The notes: generated from the sequence alone by a model not told the origin. 64,000 nt of DNA from Paludibacteraceae bacterium (GCA_017447875.1 JAFSMP010000022.1:366-64365), one strand, 5' to 3'. Shown: positions 44,126 through 54,299, counted from the stretch's first letter. A program made the numbers and translations.

Positions 44126-46427
44126 GCCAGTTTTTGCCTACACCGCATTCGGCGATGAGAGGGATGGATAGATGAACGGCATTCTGCATCTCCGTCACGA
44201 CGATGTCGCGTACGCGGTCGATCTCCGCAGCCGGCACATTGAAGTTGAGTTCGTCATGCACCTGCATGATCATCTGCGCTTGCAGTTTTTCTTCTTGGAA
44301 GCGCCGATGGATAGAGACCATCGCCATCTTGATGATGTCGGCAGCGGTGCCTTGGATAGGTGCGTTGACCGCATTGCGTTCGGCGAAAGAACGGACCGTG
44401 GCATTCTGCGAGTGGATGTCCGGCAGGTAACGCTTGCGTCCGAAGAGGGTCTCGGCGTAACCGCATTGACGGGCTATTTCTTTCTGATTCTCAATGTAAT
44501 TGATCACCCGCGGGAAGGCAGCGAAATAGTCATCAATGAGTTGTTTGGCTTCGGTGCGAGAGCAGTCAAGTTGTTGCGCCAAACCGAACGCGGAAATGCC
44601 GTAGATAATACCGAAATTGGCGGTTTTGGCCTTGCGACGCTGGTCTTTGGTGACCTGGTCAAGCGATATATTGTAGATCCGTGCCGCGGTGGCTGCATGG
44701 ATATCCTGTCCGGAACGGAAGGCAGCGAGCATATGTTCGTCTTGCGAGAAATGCGCCATGAGTCTCAGTTCTATCTGGCTGTAGTCCGCGCTGAGGAAGA
44801 GACATCCGTCGTCCGGGATGACCGCTTCGCGGATGAAGCGTCCGCGTTCGGAACGAATCGGCAGGTTCTGCAGGTTGGGGTTCGAACTGGAGAGCCGTCC
44901 GGTGGCGGTGACCGTCTGGTTGTAGGTCGTATGGATCTTACCGTCTGCGGCTATATATTCGGGTAAAGCCGCGATATAGGTAGTGATCAGTTTCTTGAGT
45001 TCGCGGTACTCTAAGATCAGCCCTACTATCTCATGTTTCTCCTTGAGGGCGACGAGCACCTCTTCGGAGGTCGAGTACTGTCCGTTCTTGGACTTTTTCG
45101 CTTTGGCATCGAGGTGCAGTTTGTCGAAGAGCAACTCGCCTACTTGTCGCGGACTGTTGATGTTGAAGGGTTCGCCGGACAACGCATAGATACGTTGTTC
45201 GAGAGCGTTGAGTTCTTCAGTAAGGGTCGTCTCGGCTTCTTTGAGTTTGATCACATCAATCCGCACGCCTGCCGCTTCCATCTCCCTAAGAACCGGCACG
45301 AGCGGTAACTCCACCTCGTTGTATAAGTTCCATAGGTCGGCATCGGCTTGGAGGGCAGACCAGTCGGGTTCTTTATAGGGGTTGAAAGCAACCTCGGGAT
45401 TGAGGAGGTATTGACACAATCGAGCCTCGATGGTGTCGAAACTCGGAGTATTCTGAGTATCCTGAATATTCTGAGTACTCGGATCTTCTCCGAAGGCGAA
45501 GAGGTCGAGTTGGGCGGGATCGGAGGGCTTGGATTTTTTCGGAGTATTCGGAATAATCGGAGTATTCGGAGTTATTTTCTTGAGGAGGGTATTGAACTCG
45601 AGGTCACGGTAGAGGGCGGTGAGGGCTTCGAGATTGGGTTCTTTCTTGGATAAGAGCGCTTCATCGAGTGCGATCGGTACGTCAGTGCGGATGGTCGCTA
45701 AGAAGCGGGAGAACTTGATCTCTTCCACCTGCGATTCCACTTTCTGACGCAGCGCTCCTTTGATCTCATCCGTACGGGCCAACATATTGTCGATGTCACC
45801 GAACTGCTGAAGGAGAGCCACAGCAGTCTTCTCCCCTACTCCTTTGCAACCGGGGATGTTATCGCTTGCATCGCCCATGAGTCCGAGCAGGTCGATGACC
45901 TGTTCCTTGCGTTGCAGTCCGTACTTGGCGCACACTTCGGCGGGACCCATCAGTTCGAACCCGCCCGTATGACGCGGTCGGTACATGAACACATGATCGG
46001 AGACGAGTTGTCCGTAGTCCTTATCAGGGGTAGCCATATAGACCTCATAACCAGCCTGTTCACCTTGCTTGGAGAGCGTTCCAATGACGTCATCCGCTTC
46101 GAAACCGGGTACCTCAAGCACGGGGATATTCATCGCTGTAAGCAGTTGTTTGATGACCGGTACGGCTTTACGGATATCTTCGGGCGTCTCAGGTCGCTGC
46201 GCTTTGTATTGCTCATAAGCCTCATGACGGAACGTACCACCTGCAGGGTCGAAGGCTACGCCGACATGGGTAGGATTGATCTTCTTAAGCAGGTCTTCCA
46301 GCGTGACGCAGAAACCGAAGATAGCGGAGGTGTTTTCGCCTTTGCTGTTCATACGCGGAGCACGGATGAAGGCGTAGTACGCGCGAAAGATCATCGCATA
46401 TGCATCAATAAGCAATAACTTTTTCAT
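44112..46427 (-). CDS. polA: DNA polymerase I with vestigial 3'-5' exonuclease domain
   Basis: The 5' nuclease domain (LLLIDAYAMIFRAYYA, GDASDNIPG) and the full family-A polymerase domain (motif A DYSQIELR, motif B RRKAKTANFGIIYG, motif C QVHDEL) are present. Only about 55 aa lie between the linker and the polymerase domain. Total length 771 aa. Confidence 0.9.
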   Translation of the reverse strand: MKKLLLIDAYAMIFRAYYAFIRAPRMNSKGENTSAIFGFCVTLEDLLKKINPTHVGVAFDPAGGTFRHEAYEQYKAQRPETPEDIRKAVPVIKQLLTAMNIPVLEVPGFEADDVIGTLSKQGEQAGYEVYMATPDKDYGQLVSDHVFMYRPRHTGGFELMGPAEVCAKYGLQRKEQVIDLLGLMGDASDNIPGCKGVGEKTAVALLQQFGDIDNMLARTDEIKGALRQKVESQVEEIKFSRFLATIRTDVPIALDEALLSKKEPNLEALTALYRDLEFNTLLKKITPNTPIIPNTPKKSKPSDPAQLDLFAFGEDPSTQNIQDTQNTPSFDTIEARLCQYLLNPEVAFNPYKEPDWSALQADADLWNLYNEVELPLVPVLREMEAAGVRIDVIKLKEAETTLTEELNALEQRIYALSGEPFNINSPRQVGELLFDKLHLDAKAKKSKNGQYSTSEEVLVALKEKHEIVGLILEYRELKKLITTYIAALPEYIAADGKIHTTYNQTVTATGRLSSSNPNLQNLPIRSERGRFIREAVIPDDGCLFLSADYSQIELRLMAHFSQDEHMLAAFRSGQDIHAATAARIYNISLDQVTKDQRRKAKTANFGIIYGISAFGLAQQLDCSRTEAKQLIDDYFAAFPRVINYIENQKEIARQCGYAETLFGRKRYLPDIHSQNATVRSFAERNAVNAPIQGTAADIIKMAMVSIHRRFQEEKLQAQMIMQVHDELNFNVPAAEIDRVRDIVVTEMQNAVHLSIPLIAECGVGKNWLEAH
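45442..45486. repeat. degenerate nonamer array x5 (TTCTGAGTA) in polA linker
   Basis: ctcggagta ttctgagta tcctgaata ttctgagta ctcggatct. It encodes PSTQNIQDTQNTPS. Confidence 0.9.
45541..45576. repeat. degenerate nonamer array x4 (GGAGTATTC) in polA linker
   Basis: ggagtattc ggaataatc ggagtattc ggagttatt. It encodes ITPNTPIIPNTP. Confidence 0.9.
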
Positions 46428-46428
46428 A

Positions 46429-47091
46429 TTACCATTGGATAGGCGCGAGGCCGTTTTTTATCAGATAGTTGTTAGCGGCGCTGAAATGTCCGCAGCCGTC
46501 AAAACCGCGATAGACGGAGAGGGGTGAGGGGTGCGAGGTCTGCAGGACGAGGTGCTTGCGTCGGTCGATGAATTGCCCTTTGCGTTGGGCGTAGGAGCCC
46601 CAGAGCATGAAGACGATATGTTCCCGTTCGCGATTGAGCGCCGCTATCGCAGCGTCGGTGAGTTCTTCCCATCCTTTGCCTTGGTGACTGCCCGCCTTAT
46701 GGGCTTCGACGGTAAGGGTAGCGTTGAGCAGGAGCACACCTTGTTCCGCCCAGCGGTGGAGGTCACCGGAAGTCGGGATAGGGGTTCCGAGGTCACGGTG
46801 GATCTCCTTGTAAATATTCACGAGCGACGGAGGGATGGCGGTGCCTTCGGGTACGGAGAAAGAGAGTCCCATCGCTTGCCCGGGTTCATGGTAAGGGTCT
46901 TGTCCGATGATGACGACACGTACCTTGTCGAACGGGCAGGAGTCGAAGGCATTAAAAATAAGACCGGCCGGCGGGAAGCACCGACAGGTCTTGTATTGAT
47001 TACGCACATAATCGGTGAGGAGTTCGAAATACGGTTTGTCAAACTCCGTTTGCAACACGTGTCGCCACGACTCCTCGATACGTACGTTCAT
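46429..47091 (-). CDS. ung: uracil-DNA glycosylase (family 1)
   Basis: GQDPYH water-activating loop, GVLLLN, and the HPSPLS leucine-loop region. Confidence 0.95.
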   Translation of the reverse strand: MNVRIEESWRHVLQTEFDKPYFELLTDYVRNQYKTCRCFPPAGLIFNAFDSCPFDKVRVVIIGQDPYHEPGQAMGLSFSVPEGTAIPPSLVNIYKEIHRDLGTPIPTSGDLHRWAEQGVLLLNATLTVEAHKAGSHQGKGWEELTDAAIAALNREREHIVFMLWGSYAQRKGQFIDRRKHLVLQTSHPSPLSVYRGFDGCGHFSAANNYLIKNGLAPIQW

Positions 47092-47092
47092 A

Positions 47093-48196
47093 TCAATCCA
47101 CTATTAACATTGCGTCACCGTAGTCACCGAAATGGTATCCTTCATTGACGGCCTCTTCGTAGGCATGCATCGTCTCTTCGTATCCGGCGAAAGCAGCCAC
47201 CATGAGTAACTGGCTGGACATCGGCATATAGAAGTTCACGAAGAACGCATTCGCCACGGAGAAGTCATACGGCGGGTAGATGAACTTATTGGTCCATCCG
47301 TCGTAAGCTTTGAGCAGTCCGTTGGTACCGGCCACATGTTCCAAAGCCCGCATGATCTCGGTGCCGACGGCGCAGACACGATGTTGTCCTGCATGCGCTT
47401 TGTTGACGGCATCCGCCATCTTCTGCGAGAGGATGATCTGCTCACTCTCCATCTTGTTTTTCGTCAGGTCTTCGACATCGATCTCTTTGAAGATACCGAG
47501 TGAGACGTGACTGGTCATGAACGTCGTCTCGATGCCTTGTATCTCCATGCGCTTGAGCAGTTGTTTGGAGAAATGCAGTCCGGAAGCCGGTACAGCCACC
47601 GCACCGATCTTATCGGCGAAGATGGTCTGGTAGCGCTCGTTATCCATGTCGCGTACCGGCAGGTCATGGAAGGCTTGCTCGTACTGCTCCATGGTCTGAG
47701 CATCCATCGGACGGTGGATATACTTGGGCAGCGGAGCGCTTCCTAAGGCGTACAAACGCGGCACGAACTCTTCGTTGGTATAGTCCGTGAGAAAACGGAA
47801 GGTACGTCCGCGGCTGGTGGTGTTGTCGATCACTTCAGCCACGATAGCCGGGTCGTCATCGAAAGTGAGCTTGTTACCGATACGTATCTTACGTGCCGGA
47901 TCGACGAGTACGTCCCAATAGCGGTTCTTATGGTTGAGTTCACGCAGCAGGAAGACCTCGATGAGAGCGTTGGTCTTCTCCTTATGCGCCCACAGACGAG
48001 CGGGAAAGACCTTGGTGTCATTGAAGACGAACAGGTCCCCTTCATCGAAGTACTGCACCATGTCGGTGACCATCTTATGCTCTATCACACCGCTCTTACG
48101 ATGCAGCACCATCAGACGGGCGTCATCGCGGTAAGGGGCAGGAAACTGTGCGATCAGTTCTTCAGGCAGTCTAAACTTAAACTGGCTGAGTTTCAT
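47093..48196 (-). CDS. queA: tRNA preQ1(34) S-adenosylmethionine ribosyltransferase-isomerase
   Basis: MKLSQFKFRLPEELIAQFPA...RDDARLMVL is the QueA N-terminus. I prefer the ATG at 48196 over the track start at 48214. Confidence 0.9.
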   Translation of the reverse strand: MKLSQFKFRLPEELIAQFPAPYRDDARLMVLHRKSGVIEHKMVTDMVQYFDEGDLFVFNDTKVFPARLWAHKEKTNALIEVFLLRELNHKNRYWDVLVDPARKIRIGNKLTFDDDPAIVAEVIDNTTSRGRTFRFLTDYTNEEFVPRLYALGSAPLPKYIHRPMDAQTMEQYEQAFHDLPVRDMDNERYQTIFADKIGAVAVPASGLHFSKQLLKRMEIQGIETTFMTSHVSLGIFKEIDVEDLTKNKMESEQIILSQKMADAVNKAHAGQHRVCAVGTEIMRALEHVAGTNGLLKAYDGWTNKFIYPPYDFSVANAFFVNFYMPMSSQLLMVAAFAGYEETMHAYEEAVNEGYHFGDYGDAMLIVD

Positions 48197-48200
48197 ATCG

Positions 48201-48908
48201 TTACTCTTGTACATATTCGTATTTTGTCAATTCTTCCAAAAATCTCTCTATCGTCATACAGTCTTCGACACGTGTGTCTCCGATGCGTGTGCGGCGCAGG
48301 GCAATGAGATGTGCGCCGGAGTTAAGTCGTTGTCCGATGTCGCGTGCCAAAGCGCGGATATAGGTGCCTTTGGAGCAAACGACGCGGATGGTCAACTGCA
48401 TGTTCGTCTCGTCGAAAGCGAGGATCTCTATCTCATCGATGACGAGCAGTTTGGGTTTGAGTTCCACCTCTTGTCCTTTGCGTGCGAACTCATAGGCCCG
48501 TTTGCCGTTGATCTGCACGGCCGAGAAAATCGGCGGCACCTGCCATTGTTCACCTACGAACTGCGGGATGGTCTGCTCCACCAGTGGACGGGTGATATGC
48601 GCCGTGGGATAGGTGGCATCGATCTCTTTCTCCAGGTCGAAGGAAGGGGTGGTTGCACCTAACTGCAGGGTTGCCACATATTCCTTGGTGTCATATTGGA
48701 GTTGGTCTATCAGCTTGGTCTTCTTACCGGTGCAGATGATGACGACACCGGTGGCCAAGGGATCGAGCGTTCCCGTATGTCCCACTTTCAGTTTCTTTGT
48801 ACCCAGTTTGCGGCACAGGTTATACCTTACTTTCGCCACGAGGTCAAACGAGGTCCAGTGCAGCGGTTTGTCAAAGGCCAATATCTCTCCTTGCTCAAAA
48901 TCCCACAT
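48201..48908 (-). CDS. truB: tRNA pseudouridine(55) synthase
   Basis: KPLHWTSFDLV...GHTGTLDPLATGVVIICTGKKTK contains the catalytic Asp motif of TruB. Confidence 0.93.
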   Translation of the reverse strand: MWDFEQGEILAFDKPLHWTSFDLVAKVRYNLCRKLGTKKLKVGHTGTLDPLATGVVIICTGKKTKLIDQLQYDTKEYVATLQLGATTPSFDLEKEIDATYPTAHITRPLVEQTIPQFVGEQWQVPPIFSAVQINGKRAYEFARKGQEVELKPKLLVIDEIEILAFDETNMQLTIRVVCSKGTYIRALARDIGQRLNSGAHLIALRRTRIGDTRVEDCMTIERFLEELTKYEYVQE

Positions 48909-48909
48909 A

Positions 48910-49716
48910 TCAGCAGCAGGTAGCGATGATCGTAGCCGAACCGACGACAGCGCAGTAGAGGGCGAACCATACGAGGCGCTGACGACGTACTATCTCTATC
49001 ATGAATCGGCAAGCGAAACAACCGGTGACGAAGGCCGCGATGAAACCGGCAATAGCCGGCACGATGCCTAAGTCGGAGCTTAGTTCGCCTTGCAGTAATT
49101 TCAGCAGGTCCAGGAAGGCCTCACCGAGAATCGGGATGAGTACCATCAGGAACGAGAACTGCGCTACGCTCTCTTTCTTCACGCCGCAGAGCAGTCCGGT
49201 GGCGATGGTCGTGCCGGAACGGCTCAGACCGGGTAACACGGCACAGGCTTGTGCGACACCGATGATGATGGCATCCTTATACGTCACCTCATGGCCGCTG
49301 TTCTGACGTTTCTTCTGCAACCACTCGCTGAGCGCCAGCAGCGCTGCCGTGATGATTAGACAGATGCCGACCAGCAGCAGTCCGTTACCGAAGAACGCTT
49401 CCACTTGATCCTTGAAGAACATACCCACGATGAAGACCGGGATCATCGACACCAGGATCTTAGCCACGTAGTCCTTCGACTCGTTCCATTGAAGGGTCGT
49501 GAACGTACCGGTGAAGAGGCGACTCACTTCCTTCCACAGGATGACGAGCGTCGAGAGGACGGTAGCCGTATGCACGATGATGGCGAAGGTCAGATTCTCT
49601 TCTCCGGCCGTGCCTAACAGTGCCTGGCCGATCTCCAGATGACCGGACGACGACACCGGCAGAAACTCCGTCAAGCCCTGCACGATGCCTAATATCAATG
49701 CTTCGATCCAACTCAT
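48910..49716 (-). CDS. uppP: undecaprenyl-diphosphate phosphatase
   Basis: GIVQGLTEFLPVSSSGHL and PGLSRSGTTI motifs of BacA/UppP. Confidence 0.95.
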   Translation of the reverse strand: MSWIEALILGIVQGLTEFLPVSSSGHLEIGQALLGTAGEENLTFAIIVHTATVLSTLVILWKEVSRLFTGTFTTLQWNESKDYVAKILVSMIPVFIVGMFFKDQVEAFFGNGLLLVGICLIITAALLALSEWLQKKRQNSGHEVTYKDAIIIGVAQACAVLPGLSRSGTTIATGLLCGVKKESVAQFSFLMVLIPILGEAFLDLLKLLQGELSSDLGIVPAIAGFIAAFVTGCFACRFMIEIVRRQRLVWFALYCAVVGSATIIATCC

Positions 49717-49925
49717 TTCTTAGCGCGGAATAAGATGGCAAAAATCATGCTGATAAAACCGAAGAGGGCGATCATCGGTCCCACCGTGATACGGCGGAAA
49801 GAGAAGATATCGGGATTGTAGACCTCACCCGAAGGGGCTCCTGCCATCAAGGCAAAACCCAGCACGATGAACGCAAACGACACGGCGATCAGGATGAGGT
49901 TGAGTTTGGGTAATGTATGTTTCAT
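49713..49925 (-). CDS. DUF3098-like small membrane protein
   Basis: 70 aa with two TM helices, in the conserved Bacteroidetes position between ftsX and uppP. ATGA overlap with uppP. Confidence 0.7.
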   Translation of the reverse strand: MKHTLPKLNLILIAVSFAFIVLGFALMAGAPSGEVYNPDIFSFRRITVGPMIALFGFISMIFAILFRAKK

Positions 49926-49934
49926 AAGAAGTAT

Positions 49935-50807
49935 TTAAATCTCGTAAAGTGAGTTATTATCCATGCGGATGTACTTACCGGTAGCGATGAGGGAGGCAAA
50001 GAGCGTGATGAGCAGTCCGCTACCGATGACAATGCCACACACCAAGGCGATGTTCTGCCAGGTCATCGGGAAGAGCAGCATGCCTAAGCGGATCTGTACG
50101 TAATAGACCAATCCGCTGATGATGACCAAAGCAGCGATACCGGCAAACAGACCGATGCACATGTTACGTCTTACAAACGGTCGCCGGGTCACCCACGAGG
50201 TAGCTCCCACCAGGGTCATCGTGTTGATCAGGAACCGCTTGGCGTATATCTGCAGACGGATCGTATTGACGATCAGCACCATCGACACCAGTAACAGCAC
50301 CAATGCCACGCCTAACAGCACATAGGAGAAGTCATGGATATTACTGCTCATTAGATCCGCCAGATCCCGGGGATAAAGCACCTCGGTGATATACGGCAAG
50401 GTCTGCAGTTGGGCGGAGAGCACCTCCAGACTGTCCGGACTGCTGTACGCATCGGACGGGTGGATCTCATAACTGGCCGACAGAGGGTTAAAGCCCAAGA
50501 ATGCCGCCGGATCTTCTCCGAGTGACGCAATATGCTCCTCCAGCGCATCCTCTTTGGACACATAGCGGTAACCGCTGTACGCTTCACTGGCATCCAGCAT
50601 GCGCTCCAGACGGGCACACTGCGTACTGTCCGCTTCCGAAGAGAGGATGGCGGTGATGGTCATGTTCTCACGCATGCGCGTAAGAAGCGCTCCTGCCGAC
50701 AGCAGGAGCACAGTTTCCAATCCGATCAGGCATAGCACAAGCGACACGCTGACCGCGGAAATGAAATAGGAATTTCTAAAACGATGCTTACGCATTAATA
50801 CTCCCAA
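49935..50807 (-). CDS. ftsX: cell division protein FtsX-like permease
   Basis: Four-TM FtsX topology with a large first periplasmic loop. C-terminal FtsX-domain pattern TMTLVGATSWVTRRPF. Confidence 0.85.
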   Translation of the reverse strand: MGVLMRKHRFRNSYFISAVSVSLVLCLIGLETVLLLSAGALLTRMRENMTITAILSSEADSTQCARLERMLDASEAYSGYRYVSKEDALEEHIASLGEDPAAFLGFNPLSASYEIHPSDAYSSPDSLEVLSAQLQTLPYITEVLYPRDLADLMSSNIHDFSYVLLGVALVLLLVSMVLIVNTIRLQIYAKRFLINTMTLVGATSWVTRRPFVRRNMCIGLFAGIAALVIISGLVYYVQIRLGMLLFPMTWQNIALVCGIVIGSGLLITLFASLIATGKYIRMDNNSLYEI

Positions 50808-51754
50808 AGATCTTGCTCGAAATTCAGCAATTCCGCTGCAATACGTTCCTGTTCCTTGCGGATACCCTCTATATCGTTGAACTTATAGTCGGGAATCCAG
50901 CGGTTGTACATGTTTCCTTCACCGACGATGTAGGAGGTGAACAGACGTTTCTGGAAGAACTCGTCATAGGTCACACGCTTGGTCTCGTTACGGTTCGGGA
51001 TCGCATATTGCATAGCCAAGTACGGACGCAGACCGTCAAACGGAATCCAGAACATAATCGATTGACGTAATTGATCCATTATCTGCGTGCTATCCTGAGA
51101 AGCCGAGATCAGCACCGGATGCAACGGAGCGATAGCCATGATCTTCGTATGCAGACGCGAGGTGTGCTTGTCGAAAAACACGATCTCCTGCACCAGATAC
51201 TTGATCTGATTCTTCACCACATCCTGGAACGAATACGGATTGGCCTTCATCTGGTCGGTCACGCTGTCATAGTTGATCAACATAGCGTTCGAACGAGCGA
51301 TGTTCCAATAGTCATCATCATCCGAGTGGTCTTCGGTCTTATCCACCGGCATGAAAGCGTCCACCGGGATCTGAGCTTTGGTCATCGGTTGGGAGTTCTT
51401 GAAGTCCGGCTTGATGGACTCTGCACCACGCGGATAGATAGGCATGCCATCCACTACGGCGTCCAGAATCACTTTGAACAAGTTACGATAATCCGGATCA
51501 TCTGCCTTCGGCGGAAAATAGAGCTGGTAGTTCTGCTTGTAGCGCATATCGATGATACGGTAGATATAACGCGACCAGATGACATCATCCAGACGGTGGT
51601 CCACCATCACGATCGTATCATGCGCTTGCGAGAACTCCTGCGTCTGAATACGAGCCGTACCGAGTTCGTCGAAGAACGAGATGACTTGATGCTGCGCCTG
51701 AGCCGTTACAACGCCCAGGAACAAACATGCTATAATACTAAGTTTCTTTATCAT
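50795..51754 (-). CDS. porN: T9SS ring protein PorN/GldN
   Basis: Signal peptide, size and position as the last gene of the porPKLMN cluster. Conserved RxDDVIWSR-like N-terminal block. Confidence 0.85.
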   Translation of the reverse strand: MIKKLSIIACLFLGVVTAQAQHQVISFFDELGTARIQTQEFSQAHDTIVMVDHRLDDVIWSRYIYRIIDMRYKQNYQLYFPPKADDPDYRNLFKVILDAVVDGMPIYPRGAESIKPDFKNSQPMTKAQIPVDAFMPVDKTEDHSDDDDYWNIARSNAMLINYDSVTDQMKANPYSFQDVVKNQIKYLVQEIVFFDKHTSRLHTKIMAIAPLHPVLISASQDSTQIMDQLRQSIMFWIPFDGLRPYLAMQYAIPNRNETKRVTYDEFFQKRLFTSYIVGEGNMYNRWIPDYKFNDIEGIRKEQERIAAELLNFEQDLWEY

Positions 51755-51766
51755 AATCTTTTGGTA

Positions 51767-53305
51767 TTAATTCAGCGTTAACAGGACAGGCGACAGACGT
51801 TTCTCGCCACCTGGTCCCATGGCACGGATATCTTGCAGTACGACCAAACCGCCTTTCTTCAGTTTGCCGATCTGGTTCAACTGATCCTGCGAGAACTTGT
51901 TCCCGTTCGAGTTGGTAGTCGAACCGTTGATAATCGTACGGAAACTGGTTACTTTGAACGGTACATTCAACAGACCGTCAGGACCGTAGGATGCGATGAT
52001 CACACCGGACGAGTGCGTAAGGGTGCTGGGCGGGATGTTACTACCGGAAGCATACTCTTTCTCACGTGCGGAGAAATAAGCCTGCGGGTCCGGCAGACGT
52101 TTTACGCGATAATCCTTGACACCCATCGGCAGCATCTTGCCTTCGATCTCAGCCGATACGGTGATCTTGACATTGTTGACCTCACCGGGAACGATGATCC
52201 ACAGACCGTTACTCTGTTTAACCGATCCGCCGGATACGCTCACCTTGATCTTGTCGTTCGATACACCCGGAACGGATATAGCGAACTTGTTGTCATAACC
52301 ACGGTACATGATGTTGAGGTCCGTATTCGAGATCGTCACAGCCGGTTCGCCTACGCTATACTCACTGCTGAACGGCAACTTCTTGGTCTCACCCGACGAA
52401 GGATCTTCGTACGAGATCCAACCCGAATATTTCTTATGACCTACCGTCGAAGCGACAGCCTCGTATATACCTTGGTCATTCAGACGTTGTCCCTCTACGT
52501 AGTATTCCGGAGTCTGGGTCGAGTCGATAGCCGCCAACACGATCTGGGCATGATAACGACCACCCTTGATGACATAGTCGGACTTCGGGATGACGTATGC
52601 ATTCAGTTTGTTCACACGCAAGTCACCGGCATCGGTCTGCTTACGCAGATACTGGATCATCTCCAACTGTGCGTTACGTACGTCATTCTGCAGTTTGGTC
52701 ATCAGCACGACTGCTGCACCTGAAGGCATGTCATGGAACATCTGGTGCTCCCAGGTCAACATCTCACCGTCTTTACCGGGTTTGCTGCTGGTATCGAAAG
52801 TAGCACCGAACTCTGCGGCACGGGCTGTATCCAGGCCGCACAGGTAGTCACGATACTCCTCGATCTTCCCACGCAGAACCACACCGGGTTGCTCACCGAC
52901 GTTCGGCAAAGCATAGTGCGAAGCGGCATCACGGTTATCTTTTCCTTCCACATAACGTGCTTCCGGATCGGCTTTCTTCTTGTCGGTAGCCAGCACGATC
53001 TGGTATTTCACGTTCTGAATGAAATTATACAAACTATCGGAACGCTCGGTCAGTTGTGCAGCCTTGTCGTACCACTCACCGTTCTTCTGAGGGTTGTCAT
53101 CACGCATGGCGCGGAACTCGCTCATCATGACTTTATTACGCACCTCGGTAGCGTCCATGGTAGTATGAAGACTGTTGTCCACCAACGCGAAAGCATTGAG
53201 TACGTCCGTACTGACGTTCAACGCCAACATGGCGGTGAGCACCAGGTACATCATACCAATCATTTTTTGTCTCGGGGTTTCCGGACAGTTCTTTGCTCCA
53301 CTCAT
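51767..53305 (-). CDS. porM: T9SS motor/periplasmic shaft protein PorM/GldM
   Basis: N-terminus TPRQKMIGMMYLVLTAMLALNVS is the conserved GldM TM region. 512 aa. Confidence 0.92.
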   Translation of the reverse strand: MSGAKNCPETPRQKMIGMMYLVLTAMLALNVSTDVLNAFALVDNSLHTTMDATEVRNKVMMSEFRAMRDDNPQKNGEWYDKAAQLTERSDSLYNFIQNVKYQIVLATDKKKADPEARYVEGKDNRDAASHYALPNVGEQPGVVLRGKIEEYRDYLCGLDTARAAEFGATFDTSSKPGKDGEMLTWEHQMFHDMPSGAAVVLMTKLQNDVRNAQLEMIQYLRKQTDAGDLRVNKLNAYVIPKSDYVIKGGRYHAQIVLAAIDSTQTPEYYVEGQRLNDQGIYEAVASTVGHKKYSGWISYEDPSSGETKKLPFSSEYSVGEPAVTISNTDLNIMYRGYDNKFAISVPGVSNDKIKVSVSGGSVKQSNGLWIIVPGEVNNVKITVSAEIEGKMLPMGVKDYRVKRLPDPQAYFSAREKEYASGSNIPPSTLTHSSGVIIASYGPDGLLNVPFKVTSFRTIINGSTTNSNGNKFSQDQLNQIGKLKKGGLVVLQDIRAMGPGGEKRLSPVLLTLN

Positions 53306-53348
53306 TTCTGAAGTGTTTTATTGTTTTTGAATCAATCCTTCTAAATCC

Positions 53349-54299
53349 TTATGCGAGCGCACTCAGCATGTTACCGTAAATACCGTTGAGGTCGGTTACC
53401 TGCTTCTGCAATTGTTTAGCACCGGCAGCGAAAGCGAGTTGTGCTTCAGCAGCCTCTTTGGTAGCGGTCGTCACACTCTTCTGTGCCTCTACCTGTGCGT
53501 TCACAGCCTGGAGTTGCAGTTCATAAACCGAGTTGAGGGATGCCAACTTCTGACCTACCTCCATCACGCCGGCTTTGTATGCTTTGGTCTCCTCAGCGGC
53601 ACTCTTGACGTCTGCACCGATCTGCTCGTAGTTCTGAGCCAAAGTGGTCGTAGCTGCAGCGTACGACTCGGTAGCTGCACCGGCTGCCGACAACTTAGCA
53701 GCATAACTGTCTGCTGCCTCGCCGGCGGTGGTCAATTTCTCGGTCAGTTTCAAACTGCTGTCTGCTACCTTACCCAGATCACTCAGTTGGTTAGCCGTCT
53801 TTGCCAAGTTAGCCAGACCGTCCTTGAGGGCTTTCATATCTTCGTCCTTCAAAGCAGCTACGCTAACGGTAGGAGCGGCTACAGAAGCTGTTGCTACAGG
53901 AGCGGCTGCTACAGGTGCATTAGTCATGCCCATCGGAGCAGATTGAGGATCTCCGGCTACACCAGCGCCAAGCAGAGTAGGACGCGCTTGTTTGGATTTC
54001 TCCTCCAACAGTTGCGGATTCGTACCGTATCCCAACAACTGCGGGAATACGTTCTCCCAGTGAAACTCAGGGTGAGGTTGGTCAAAGACACCGATGGTGA
54101 ACAGGACCGCCTCCGTGACCATTCCGACACCCAGCATGACACCGGCACCCTCCAAGTGAAGAATCTTAAACATTGCACCGATAATAACGATTGCTGCACC
54201 GATCGAATAAACGGCTCCGACAATACGTTTTCCACGATACGATTCATACGCGTGCATGAAACCTGCAAGTAAACCACGCTTTCCAGCTTTTTCTGCCAT
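53349..54299 (-). CDS. porL: T9SS motor protein PorL/GldL
   Basis: Two N-terminal TM helices (GAVYSIGAAIVIIGAMFKILHLEGA...) typical of GldL, followed by an Ala-rich coiled cytoplasmic domain. Confidence 0.9.
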   Translation of the reverse strand: MAEKAGKRGLLAGFMHAYESYRGKRIVGAVYSIGAAIVIIGAMFKILHLEGAGVMLGVGMVTEAVLFTIGVFDQPHPEFHWENVFPQLLGYGTNPQLLEEKSKQARPTLLGAGVAGDPQSAPMGMTNAPVAAAPVATASVAAPTVSVAALKDEDMKALKDGLANLAKTANQLSDLGKVADSSLKLTEKLTTAGEAADSYAAKLSAAGAATESYAAATTTLAQNYEQIGADVKSAAEETKAYKAGVMEVGQKLASLNSVYELQLQAVNAQVEAQKSVTTATKEAAEAQLAFAAGAKQLQKQVTDLNGIYGNMLSALA

